The notes under the pieces: model-generated
Seen by the model: the letters and a program-made list of their open reading frames with translations, nothing else
Told to the model about the DNA's origin: nothing
Database searches by the model: none
NCBI RefSeq assembly: GCF_018977255.1
Contig: NW_024704743.1
Span: 108,626,001-108,690,000, forward strand
Length of the DNA stretch: 64,000 nucleotides
Direction: 5' to 3'
Source of the DNA: Callorhinchus milii
Taxonomy: Eukaryota
Position numbers and translations under genes: made by a program
Shown: one piece after another, positions 12,279 through 24,349 of the stretch
How positions within the stretch are numbered: position 1 is the stretch's first letter
Layout of the letters: each line of letters begins with the position of its first letter

Positions 12279-13139
12279 ATGTATTTATGCTTCATTTCAA
12301 AGTCCTCAGCCAGACAGTCCTTCCCACTATCAGACAAGCTGTAATCCCTCAATGTCTTATCTCATTGAGAACAAAGTAATGGTCCAGGTCTTACATGGCA
12401 TCTGAGTTCACATAACTGTGTTTCGGGAGGGGGGAAGGGAGTCTAGGCAATCCAAGGTGTATTAAATGAGTTACATTTACACTCTTACTAGACCAATAAA
12501 AAGCAATGAGAAACATTGTAAGTAATTAAATAGAGCAATGAATAGTGAAATAAAAAAATGACTTTAGCTCTGGGGTTTCATTCCGGTTTAATAAAGGAAC
12601 AAGTAACTGGTAGTTTAGAAGTTAGCACAGAATGGTAATAAAGTAATTTAGCAATTAACCTCCATCTATTAACTGAGCAATTCTGTATTTAAAGTTCATG
12701 AGCGGCTGCATGTTTTATGCTAACAAATTTCCCGCATGGTCTCATCACATCTTGAAATAGTTCATGTGCAAAAAGCTCTTTTTAATTATTCAATAATAAA
12801 GGCCAGATAGTAATAAGCCACTAAATTATGTACTTGATAAAATTGTGCCTTCCAATTATAATCTGAGGCACGAGGAATGCTGTGGAACAGAAGTTTATCA
12901 GTTTAAATAAAAGAGGGCACAACAAAACAAGCTGCAACTCCGGTTTGGGAGTGAAAGGTAAGCCATTGTTCCTCTAATGAATAAGCACATAAAGAAGCCG
13001 GTACAAGAAAAGGTCATTCAACACTCATTCCTTCAACACATTAACCCTTAGCTTTATGATTATATCTCTCAAATGTTTGATCAAAGGTTTTGAGATCGAT
13101 GCATTGTTGGAGGTGTCGTCACAAGATTACAAGTTTTGT

Positions 13140-13450
13140 TTGGATATAGAAGGCCCTTCAGATCATCTGATCTCTTCTATCCAGAATACCCATCCTCCTG
13201 TCCTCCCATCACAGCATTAACTGTTTTCTTAAAATAAATCCATTGTTCAGGGCTCAATCACCCTTTCTAGAAACCTGTTCCAGTCATTAATTACCCTCTG
13301 GATAAAGAAATACTTCCTGGAATTGTGCTTTGCAATTTTAAACCAATCTCCCCTTGTTCTGCGCTCTTGGTGCACCTTAAATATTTTTCTGGATTTACCT
13401 TTTCAAGCTGATTTATATTTGTACACACCTCTATAATGTTACCTATGAAA
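13140..13450 (-). mobile_element. Old CR1 3' fragment
   Basis: Degenerate reverse-complemented CR1 3' region (accctctggataaagaaatacttcct; tacacacctctataatgttacct). Confidence 0.55.
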
Positions 13451-13469
13451 CCTGCTACACAGCTGGCTG

Positions 13470-13830
13470 GAACCTAAGCGAGGATCGGGGGGAATGGGGT
13501 CGGAGCTGCTGTGAAGGGTATGGGGAGGAAAAAAAATGCCCCAAATCGCGGTCGATAAAATAGGTCTTAAGGCAGACTTCAAAGGTGGGGAGGGAGGGGA
13601 TAAGGCAGAGGGACTCCGGGAGTTCCAGAGAACGTTGGCTGAAAGCTCATTCACCGATGTGGGGTGGATTTGGCAGTCCATGAAGCAAACCAGCGGTAGC
13701 TGAGTGGAGGCTGTGGCTGAGATGGTAGGATTGCAGGAGGTCACAGAGGTAGGATGAGAAGATACTAAGGAGGCATTTAAACATGAGGTCAAGGATCTTG
13801 CATTCAATCTGTTGGAGGTTGGGGAGGCAG
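13470..13830 (-). mobile_element. Old L2-type LINE 3' fragment
   Basis: G-rich rc of the L2 3' region (ggagttccagag, gctgaaagctc, gaggtcaaggatcttg) as in other copies. Confidence 0.6.
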
Positions 13831-14234
13831 TGTAGCTGAGCGAAGATGGAGGTGGTAAGCTCATGGTGTTTGGTGCAGAAGACATGGAAAGCAAGAGTAA
13901 TGAAGGGAAGGTTTCATTTGATCAATGGGCCAGGCAAGGAGTGAAGTGCATTATTCAAAAATGTGTGCCTTCTGCCACACTGTGGCAGTCTGGATCTACT
14001 GCATCTCTGAGGGGTTATACAGAAGATATATGGGTAATAAACAGCTGAATCCTGCTTGCCAAGAAATATGATGCTTAAATCATCTTTTCTTTTAAAGGAG
14101 TGCCTAATTTACATCATTACCAATTAATTATTTACACTGAAATGGGCTCCAAATTTGAACATCAAAAAACTGAACTATTTTCAAACTGTTTCTAGTGTTT
14201 GAAAATAGGATGGTCTGAATGTGAAGAAATATAA

Positions 14235-14822
14235 CAAATAATAATAATAACATCATCCTTGGATCTGATACAGTGCCTTTCAATCAGGAGTGTCTCAGGA
14301 GTGACTGTATTTTATAGTGTTTTACATAATAAAGTGCAGTCACTTTGTATTTTGTGGATGAATATGGCATTCAATTTGTGCAAAGCAATAACCCACAAAG
14401 TCATGAAGTGAGTGACCAATTTCATTTGGGGGAATGTTGGCCAGGATACCAGGAGAAACTCCTTTAACTTGCATCAAAACCCATCTATAATCACACCCAC
14501 CCCCTCTCCACCCCCCTTAAGATTTCAAATACTTTTTCTAGACGGACAATCTCTTAATGGAGGCAGTTGAATTTCTGGGACAGGCAACAGAAAGGTGCCC
14601 TCTTGAACAGTGTTATGGGATCTTTAACATTCCACCCGAACAGGCAGACAGACCTCGGTTTAACATCTCATCCAAAGGATACCAACTCCAACAAATCAGA
14701 GCACTCCTAGCACTGCTCTAGGGTGTCAGCCTAGACTTGTGAATTCAAATTCTAGACATGGGGCTTTAACCCTCAGCTTTCTGACTCAGAAGCAAGAGTG
14801 CTACACATCAAGGCAGGTTGAT
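14235..14822 (-). mobile_element. Older tRNA-derived DeuSINE (SacSINE1-like)
   Basis: rc head tagcactcttgcttctgagtcagaaag..., Deu-like core ggatgagatgttaaaccgaggtctgtctgcctgttc...aaagatcccataacact, shared tail. Confidence 0.8.
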
Positions 14823-14954
14823 GGCTTCTTGATAGAATAGATAATAAAAATAGAAATAGAATAGAAACGTATTGTGATAAAGTTTGAGATGTTTCATAAG
14901 ACGTTCCTTATGTTAATTAACATACAAAATGCAGTTTGAAATGCCACAAACTTT

Positions 14955-15355
14955 ACTCCTTTGGATCTGACATCCAAGTCTCAAAATGCTTCACAAGAAA
15001 TTGCTATCACGTATAGTAACTGTGTAGTTTTTAGGAACATTCACAGCTAATTTGCATACAGCAAACTCCACCAAGAGCCACAAGCGAATGATCAATTTAT
15101 CTGGGGGATTGTTGGCCAGAACACAAGGGGACACGTTAATCTCTTTTCAAATAGTATCGTGGGATCTTTAACGTTCAGCAGAATGGACAATCAGGACATT
15201 GGTTTAACTTCTCATTCGGAAGACAGCATATCCACCAATAGAGCATTTCCCCAGCAAGGCATTAGATTGTCAGTTTAGGCTGTGAGTGCAAAGTTCTCGA
15301 CATGGGATTTGAACCCACAAACCTCTGACACAAGGCTGGAGAGTGCTACCAACCC
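14955..15355 (-). mobile_element. Older DeuSINE copy
   Basis: Same block order as 14235-14822, more diverged. Confidence 0.7.
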
Positions 15356-16439
15356 CCATTTCAGATTGCAACCTTGAAAGTTCTAGCATGAACTGAAAAG
15401 GCCCTAAATACTTTCTGCTGTCTAACTGTCTAAACTGTAAGTAAAATCTCAAACATAGATGGCTACAACTATTGGCAATCCAACAGTTGTTTATGCACAT
15501 GGATCGCAAATTTATTTCACAAACAGTTGTTGCCTTTGGGTTAACCTGTCACTTCTCATTTGAGCTGCAGCTTCTGACAATCCTGCCTATGAATTATTCT
15601 CAATGGATCAAATTAGTAAACAAGGCTGCATCCTACTCTGGATGTGATCTTTGGTCAGACAGGGAATGGGTGTTGACAACTCTGCCTCTTTTACACCTTT
15701 TATATTAAACTGCATATTTAGCACCACAGGACAGGGCTTTGAATCCATGTTGATGGCACCAGTAGCAATTGGGTGTACCTGTGGCCGATTCCAAAGAAAT
15801 TATATTTAAGCTTAAACAGACTAGTGATACAATCACATTACTGGCTGTTTAGTAATATAATGGGATCTAAAATTTGGGCTGGGCAAAAAGTTAATGGGTA
15901 AATAGCCCAATCCGCATTTTAGACCCTGTTATGTTCAGCAGCAGGTAGCGAAGCTTGGATAAGATCTAACCCAGGTCGTTACCTGTGCTCAGTAACCACT
16001 GTCCTACTTCATGTCCCCACCTCACCCTGCCCCACCATTGATGGGCGAACTTATGACCATTCTCTCTGGAACTCCATTACTGTGCTTCTCTGCCTTGCCC
16101 CCACCGTCCCACCTTTATGGCTGCCTTAAGATCTTTTACCAGGGTTTTGGTGACCTACCCCCACTCCACCCTTGCCCCGCGCAAGTCCTCCACACCCCCA
16201 GCTCAGGCTCCTTTTTGAAGCACTTTGAGACATACCCCTGAAGTGAAGTACGACAAAAATGTAAACTTGTTGTTGTTGTAGTTGCACATGTGCAAAGCTC
16301 TCAAATCTGGTTCAGATGGAGAGCGGGTAGTACAAATCAGGTTCCCTACTCCAAATTGTCTTATTGCTAAAATAATTTCTGAAGTATAGTTGGAGAGATT
16401 TAAATCGTAACTCACTGTAAGAAAATTCCATATTAGACT

Positions 16440-19400
16440 TGAACAGAGAGCCCAGCAGTGTGAGGAGAGAACTGAGTGAGGTGTAACAGAGTGAGAACTT
16501 TGTTAAGGAATTTGGTGAGAGTGAGAATTCGATGCAGAGGTGCATAATTATAAAATATATAATATTTATATTAAAACAATATAAAACATGTCTGGGAATA
16601 TGGCAGGATAGCTGAGACTGGTTGGATGAACAATGTGCGCCATGTAGAAACTCCAGGATGCTTTGTGTGCCCTGAATAAACCACATTTATTGGAATCCTG
16701 TAGCTCAGTGGTTAGAGCACTCGCTTTGCAAGTGAGAGACCTGAGTTCAATTCCAGGCACAGGGCGAAACCTTGGGCAAGTTTCCTTACTCCACACACCT
16801 AATAATCCCTCCAAAAACCAAAAACAATAATAAATTGGTCATTTTCAATCCACGACTGTTTGTGGGACATTGCTGTGCGCAATTGGCTGCCGCGTTCGCC
16901 CACAAATATACAGTCAATTCACTTTACAGTGTGTTCTGTGAAGCGCTTTGGGACGTCCTCCCGACGTGAAAAGCGCTATATCAAAATGCAAGGATTATTA
17001 TTATTATTATTATTATGTGTAGGAAACGCCTTCGGCTGCTCGAGCTTGAGCTCAGGGTTTCTGAGCTGGAGGAGAGGCTGGTGTCACTACATAGCATACG
17101 GGAGGCCGAAGAGTTCATGGATCGTACGTTTCAGGAGATGGTCACCCCACAGCCACTGAGGGTTTAGAAGGAGAGTGAGCGGGTCACCACCTAGCATGGT
17201 AGGAAGAGGGAATGGGCAGTGCAGAAATCCCCTGAGAGTGTGGCGTTCACAAACCAGTTCTCTGCACTGAATACCGGTGAGGATGATCACACCTCTGGTG
17301 AGAGGAGTCAATAGCCAATGGATGCACAGGAGGACACAGGGAAGAGTGTCAATGCAATTGTCATTCAGGACACAACAGTGAAAGGAGTATACAGACGTTT
17401 CTGCAACCAAAGATGTGACTCTGACGTGGTATGTTGCCTTCTTGGTGTCAGGGTTGAAGACGTCACAAAACAGGTGCAAAACATTCTACAGGGGGATGGA
17501 GAACATCTAGAAGTCGTGGTCCATGTTGGGATCCATGACGTAGGGAAAAAAAGGGCTGAGAGTATCAGAAGCTAGGGAAAAGTTAAAGAGTAGGATATCA
17601 AAGGTGGTGATCTCTGAATTACTCCCAGTGCCTTGTGCAAGTATCAAAACAGCAAGATCAAACACATGAATGCAGAGGATAGAGAAATGGTGCAAAAAAG
17701 AGGGCTTCAGGTTTCTGGATCGTTGGGACCAGTTCTAGTGCAGGTGGGACCTGGACAAGGTGGATGGGTTATGCCTGAATGGGGCAGGGAACAATGTCCT
17801 TGCAGGGTAACTAATGCTGTAGGGAAGGGTTTAAACTAATTTTGAGGGGGGAAGGGAATCAGGATGCGGCATTAGAGAGGACAAACAAGTTACATAGCTG
17901 GCTGGGAGATGTGAACAGCAATGTAATAAGGAGTAAACCAGAAAAAGAAGGGATAAGATGGTGGAGAAATGCAAAACAGACTAAGTCAATCTTGGAGTGC
18001 ATGTGCGTAAATGCACGGAGTGTAACAAATAAGATTGGTGAGCTGCAGGCTTAAGTTGCCACATGGGGTTATAATGTAATGGCAATAACAGAGACTTGGC
18101 TCAAACACGGCAGGAATGTGAACTGAATATTCCTGACTACAATGTATTCAGGAGGGATAGGGAAGGAAAAAAAGGTGGGGGGGGCAATATTGATTAAAGA
18201 CACGGGTTACGGCCCTAGAAAGGGACAATGTGTTAGGGGGCCTCAAAACAGAATCTATTAGAGTTAAGGAGCAGAAAATTAGCTGTTACTCTGTTCCTAT
18301 AGACCACCAAATAGTGGGAAGGAGATAGACGAGCAAATCTGCAAGCAGATTTCAAAAAGATGCAAAACCAATAGGGCATTGATAATAGGGGACTTCAATT
18401 ATCCTAACATAGACTGGCAAAATAACAATGTAAAGGGCAAAGAAGGGGTAGGATTCCTGAAATGGGTGCAGGATAACTTTCTGGATCAGTATGTTTCCAG
18501 CTCAACGAGGAAAGAAGCAGTGCTGGATCTAGTTCTGGGAATGAAATGGGGCAAGTGGCGCAGGTTTCAGTCGGAGAGCATCTGAACAACAGTGATCACA
18601 ACATCATTAGGTTTAGAGTGTTTATGGAAAGGGGCAAGGAGCAATCAAAGGTGAAGATACTCAACTGGAAGAGGATTAATTTCAGTGAGTTAAAAAAGGA
18701 CCTAGCTAAGGTGGACTGGAAAGAAGAATTGGCAGATAAAACTGCTAACAAGCAATGGGAAGCCTTCAAGGAGGATATAGTTCGAGGACAGGACAAATAC
18801 ATTCCCACAAAGGGAAAAGGTAGGGCATCCAAACATCCCTGGATGAATAAGGAAATTTGGATTAAAATAAAACAGAAAACGGCGGCTTATGATAAACATC
18901 AGGTCCAAATACAGATAATCAAATGGAATATAGAAAGTACAGAGGAGAACTGGAAAAGGAAATAAGAGGGCAAAGAGATTGTATGAGAAAAGATTAGCAG
19001 GTAACAAAAAAGGGAACCCTAAGGTATTTTATAAGCATATAAAGAATAAAAGGTTAGTCAAAGGTGGGGTGGGTCCAATTAGGGACCAAAGAGGAAATCT
19101 TCTTGTGGAGGCAGAGGGCATGGCTGATGTACTGAATGAATTCGTTGCATCAGTCTTCATAAGAGGATGCAGCCAATGCCACAGTATCGTAGGAGAGGGT
19201 AGAGAAATTGGATAAGATAAGAATAAACCAAGAGGAGGCACTTAAAAGATTGTCGGTGCTCAAGATAGATAAGTCACACAGTCCAGACATGATGCATCAT
19301 AGGTTACTGAGGGAAGTAAGGGTGAAAACAACAGAGGCTCTGGCCACAATATTTCAATTCTCCTTGAACACCAGGGTTGCAAATGTTATTCCCTTGTACA

Positions 19401-20810
19401 AAAAGGGGCAGAAAGATAAACCTGGGAACTACAAGCCAATAAGCCTAACGTCAGTAGAGGGGAAACTTCTAGAGACTATAATCCGGAACAAAATAAATTT
19501 TCACTTAGAAAAATATAGGTTAATAAAGGACAGCCAACATGAATTTGTTAAAGGCAAATCATGTCTAACAAACTTGATAGAGTTTTTTGATGAAGTAATG
19601 GAGAGGGTGGATGAAGGTAGTGCAGTTGACGTAGTTTATATTGATTTTCAAAAAATGTTTGATAAAGTGCCACAGAGGAGCTTGTAACCAAAATAGAAGC
19701 CCACGTTATTAAAGGGACAGTGGCAGCATGGATACAGAACTGGCTGGGAGACAGAAAGCAGAGAGTGGTGGTGAACGGTTGTTTTTCTGACTGGAGGGAA
19801 GTGTGCAGTGGTGTCCCCCAGGGGTCAGAATTGGGACAACTGCTGTTTTTGATCTATACAAATGACCTGGACTTGGGTAATAGGAGTGCAATTTCCAAGT
19901 TGGCAGATGATACTAAGCTAGAAAAAGTAGTAAATAGTAGTAAATAGTAGCAGATTGCAAATGGATGTAGACAGACTGGTAAAATAGGCAAACAGGTGGC
20001 AGATGAAGTTTCATGTGGAGAAATACAAAGTCTTGCATTTTGGGAGGAAGAATGAGGAGAGAGAATATAAGCTAGATGGTACAATGATGGTACAAGGGGA
20101 TGAAGGAACAGAGAGACTTGGGGGTTAATATAAGTAAATCTTTGAAGGTGGCAGGATAGGTAGATAAAGCTGTTTAAAAAAAGCATATGGGATACTAGGC
20201 TTTATAATAGGGGCACAGAATACAAAATTCAGGAAATTATGATGAATCTTTATAAAACACTGGTTAGGCCTCAGCAGTGTTCACTTCTGGGCACTTTAGG
20301 AAGGATGAAAGGCATTGGAGAGGGTGCAAAGGAGATTTACTAGGATGGTACCAGGAATGAGGGACTTTAGTTATCAGGAAAGGCTAGAGAAGCTAGGATT
20401 ATTTTCTTTGGAGCAGAGAAGATTAAGAGGAGACTTAATAGAAGTTTTCAAAATTATGAGGAGATTCGATAGGATGAACAAGGAGAAACTATTTCCACTG
20501 GCGGGTGGGTTGGTAACCCAAGGACCCCGATTTAAAATAGAAAGAAACAGAGGGGAGGTGAGGAGAAATTTTTTCACACAGCAAGTTGTTTGGATCTGAA
20601 ATGTATTGCCTGAAAAGGTGGTGGAAGCCAATTCAATAACAATTTTTAAGAGAAAAGTATATAATTATTTGGGGAGGACAAGTTTACAGGGAAATGGGGA
20701 GAGAGCGGGAGAGTTACATTCATTTAGATAGCTCTTTTCAAAGAGCTGGCACAGACACGATGGGCCGAATGATCTCCTTCTGTGCAGTATAATTCTATGA
20801 TTCTATGATT
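16440..20810 (+). mobile_element. Near full-length degenerate CR1 LINE (ORF1 zinc-finger/esterase, ORF2 APE endonuclease + RT)
   Basis: ORF1 remnant from ATG 16600 with SGNH-like VIQDTTVKG...VCCLLGVRV...VVVHVGIHDVG; APE motifs VNARSV, ITETWL, YRPPN, GDFNYP, SDHN; RT motifs [32 protein letters not shown]; 3' LEQRRLRGDLIEVFK and (ATTCTATG)n tail at ~20792-20810. Many stops and frameshifts. Confidence 0.93.
16692..17016 (+). mobile_element. Young tRNA(Ala)-derived SINE, short subfamily, nested in CR1 ORF1
   Basis: A box tagctcagtgg, anticodon arm ctcgc-tttgcaa-gtgag, B box gagttcaattcc, tail stem-loop, (tta)n; nearly identical to 56842-57177. Confidence 0.93.
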
Positions 20811-21379
20811 ATTTATTGAAGCCAAGTTGGTATTTCATTTGGAAACATGTTACATGTTAATAGTTTGCTGTATACAAGAGCAGAAACAGTGCAGCTTCAA
20901 AGTCCTTTGGAGCGACATACCTGTGAAGGAAAGATCCCTTTTGGCAATAGTTTATCAGAAACCATCTGATAATTCAATTTTCAACTCCCTGTCAGATTCC
21001 CATTTGCAGAGTTCATCTACACCCCAAAATGGATCACTCTTTCTGATCAGCGGCTATTGCTGCCAATTTGAGGTTTGTGTGGGAAGTGAAAAGGACAACT
21101 TGCCATGACCCTCCTGTGCTTTCCTTCTTAGATATTGATGGTTTGGCTCAAGTGGGTTCTGAAATCAAGCGGCAACTGAATCCGCCGGCAGTAATAGAGA
21201 GAACGGAAAGTAGGTGGGCAAATGATGCATTATCTGTCTGATATAGCTTATTTAGGCTTTAATTTTTCCTTCAACGTAATTTTGTAGGTTCACATCTTTC
21301 ATTGTGAATTAAACACAGTTCTAAAGCCTCAGCATGCAACAACTAAAATGTCAATTAATAATAATAAGCCTGGCAAGTG

Positions 21380-21763
21380 AAATAGAGCCTTTCACATCGG
21401 GAGAATGTTTCAAAGTGCTTAACAGATCGTACCATAAAGAACAGTGTTTGTGTATTTTGTAGGTGGCAGTCAATTTGCACACAGCAATGTCCCACAAACA
21501 GTCATGAAATTAATGACTAATTTTATTAATGGGAAGTTTGGCCGGAAAGGAAACTCCCTTCTCTTTATGAATAGTGTTATGGGATCTTGAACAGGAAGAC
21601 AGGACCGTAGTTTAACATCTCATCCAAAGGTCAGTACCTCCAACAAAGCAGCACTGTACTGGAGTACCAACCAAAACTGTGTGAGTTCAAAGTCCTGACC
21701 TGGGGCTTGAAACTACAACCATCTGACTCCAAGACAAGAGTGCTACCAACTCAGCCAGGCTGT
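21380..21763 (-). mobile_element. Older DeuSINE copy
   Basis: tttaacatctcatccaaagg core; caagagtgctaccaactcagcc head. Confidence 0.78.
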
Positions 21764-22399
21764 CGTTCGAATTAAACAAATTTGATTAATTTAACTCAGG
21801 GGGACTTCAGAGTCTATCCAACAATAAAGTTAACCTATTAATCTTCAGAGTTTTTTGTTACTTTTATATTGGGTATGAACTAGCATGTACATTAGAAGAA
21901 ATCAGCAGAAAAATGCTACTTTTTAGCCAGTTTAAACTCTCTTTTAAAATTAAGTGATACAGCTTCCAAAATAGGTGCTGTAGTAAAAGTAGCATACAGT
22001 GGGAAAAGGTGCCAAAATAGAATAATGAAAGGTAAAACAAAGAGGGAAAGAAAAAGAATAGAAACGAGAGAATAGGAAGGAGAGAAAGAGCAATAAGAGA
22101 GGAAGTGGATACAACACTCCAAAGCTGAATTTATAACCCAATAGGTTAACCTGGGAGATGTCAATTTCACTTGACTCAGCACTTTGTGGAAAATTCACAA
22201 AATTATTTTTGGTACTTTTTTTTTAGATCAGTGTTAGCATATCAGTAATAGAGCTACTCCTGATAGTTGGCTTGAGTTTTATTGACTAAAAACATACAGA
22301 ACCAACAACGACGAGAGTTTCCTTACACCTAACTCTTAGGGTCACTTTGCTGATTTGCATGGTGGTTGGACTCTAAAAGTCAATGTACAACAATAAAAG

Positions 22400-23000
22400 A
22401 ACAACAATAATTTATATTTGTATAGCGCCTTTCATGTCTGGAGGATGTCCCAAGGTGCTGGACAATCAGGGATCCATACCCGAGCTTGTGGTTGGGATCA
22501 GGAGTTATGGAGGGCAGGGAGGGTAGGGGTATGAGAGTGACTGAAGGTACAGTCGAAGAGAAGGGTCTTGAGATGGGTCAAGAAGGAGGCGAGGGAGGGG
22601 GCGAGGTGGACGGACTGTGGGATGGAGTTCCAGAGGGTGGGGGCAGAGAGGCTGAAGACCCGCCTGCACACCAAAGGTGGGCGGGCAAGGCGAGGGACAT
22701 GAAACAGGCCAGAGCCCACTGAGCGGAGGGAGCGGACATGTTGGTAGGGGGTTAGAAGGTCACAGAGGTAGGGAGGAGCAAGACCATGGAGGGCTTTGAA
22801 GGTGAAGACCAGGATCTTCAACTGTATCTTCTGAATGATAGGGAGCCAATGGAGCTGTGCAAGGATGGGGGTGATAGGGTCACGGAGCCTTGTGCAGAAG
22901 AAGATCTGCAACCGGTGGAGGGAGGAGATGGGGAGACAGACAAGCAGGGAGTTTGCATAGTCAAGCCTGGATGTGATGAATGTGTGGATGAGATTTGCTT
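22400..23000 (-). mobile_element. L2-type LINE 3' fragment
   Basis: ORF 22498-23073(-): LIHTFITSRLDYANSLL...ITPILAQLHWLPI...KILVFTFKALHGLAPPYL; tail at 22400-22460. Confidence 0.9.
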
Positions 23001-23521
23001 TGTTCAATATGATGCTGCTCAGATGTTGGTTTTCCAATTCTTCCTCAGACACAATGATCAATGATGTCTTCACTCCATATTTGAACCAGCATATCAGATC
23101 ATGATATATCTGCCGACGACTTTTGACTATGTTGCACTCAAGGACATTTTATTTCAAGGAGTGCTGTGCAAGATTTTGAGTTACTTTTTAAGGACTTCTT
23201 AAAATGTAGCTAAAAGTAGACAATGTATGTTATACATGATGCTTTTTATGTAATGCAAATATTGCCATCCATATATATTACATATGTTTTATGTGATGCT
23301 TTGATTGTGTAGAGCAGAGTTTTCCCAAACTTTTTTTACTGTTCCCCCTTCGGAGATTCATGTTCCATCCACTCCCTCTTTCTAAGAAATTGTATTTTTG
23401 CATAGAATAAGAGGTTTTTATTTTCTCAGCTAATATAACATGTTGCTTAAAACAGAGAGCAACAAAATTGAAAACATAATTCAATTAATGGACAAGGAGT
23501 TTATATCCTTGCCCATTAGCT

Positions 23522-23665
23522 GGAATGCTGTAGCTCAGTGGTTAGAGCACTCACTTCACAAGCAAGAGGACCTGATTTGATTCTCAGGCAAGGTGAAACG
23601 TTGGGCAGGTTTCCTTACTCCACACACCTCACTTTACAAGCAGTAAGTAGGAACCCGGTTGTCAC
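23522..23665 (+). mobile_element. SINE head, long subfamily
   Basis: ggaatgctgtagctcagtggttagagcac...gcagtaagtaggaacccggttg. Confidence 0.85.
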
Positions 23666-23725
23666 TTTTCCTCAATGAGTAGGATAAGCCTGTTATCCTT
23701 AACCAGTAGGTCCTGCGGCCCCCTG

Positions 23726-24101
23726 ATAATAATAATATGTAATATTTCTTGCATTTGATACAAGGCCTTTTCACATCTTTAGGACATCTCAAAGCACTTC
23801 ACAGAATATGATGTAAAGTAAATTGACTGTATATTTTGTGGGTGAAACGCAGCAGCCAATTCCGCACAGCAGTGTCCCACAAACAGTCGTGGATTGAGTG
23901 ACCAATTTATTATTTTTTAAGGAATTATTATCCCAGAAAAGCGATCCGTCAATCGACTAACAATCGGGTTCCTACTTACTGCTAGGTTAACAGAGGCGAG
24001 TGGAGTAAGGAAACTTACCCAACATTTCACCCTGCCGGGAATCGAACACAAGTTTCTCGCTTGCGAGGCGATTGCTCTATCCACTGAGTCAGAGGACTTC
24101 A
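23726..24101 (-). mobile_element. SINE, long subfamily, full length
   Basis: rc copy with tail, body, central segment and tRNA head. Confidence 0.9.
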
Positions 24102-24190
24102 CAGGAAAGTGATAGCTTCTTCGTCACGTACCCTCTCAAGAAAAAACTGGAAATATATTATTGATTAAATATGGACTTACCTCGACTAGT

Positions 24191-24349
24191 GAGAATATTT
24201 GGTGGGCCACTTCTTGATAGACCAGGGGCCACTTCCAGCTACTGCTGAGTTAAATACTTCAATGGGTTAAGAGAATATTTGGTGGGCCACTTCTTGATAG
24301 ACCAGGGGCCACTTCCAGCTACTGCTGAGTTAAATGCTTCAATGGGTTA
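24191..24349. repeat. Tandem duplication, 2 x 80 bp
   Basis: 24191-24270 and 24271-24349 differ at one internal position (aaatacttc/aaatgcttc). Confidence 0.97.

Noticed and set aside
16860..17159. Recurrent [34 protein letters not shown] seen at several loci
   Set aside because: Chance frame within the SINE consensus, not a gene family.
17990..20600. Active reverse transcriptase gene
   Set aside because: ORF2 is broken by many stops, frameshifts and deletions.
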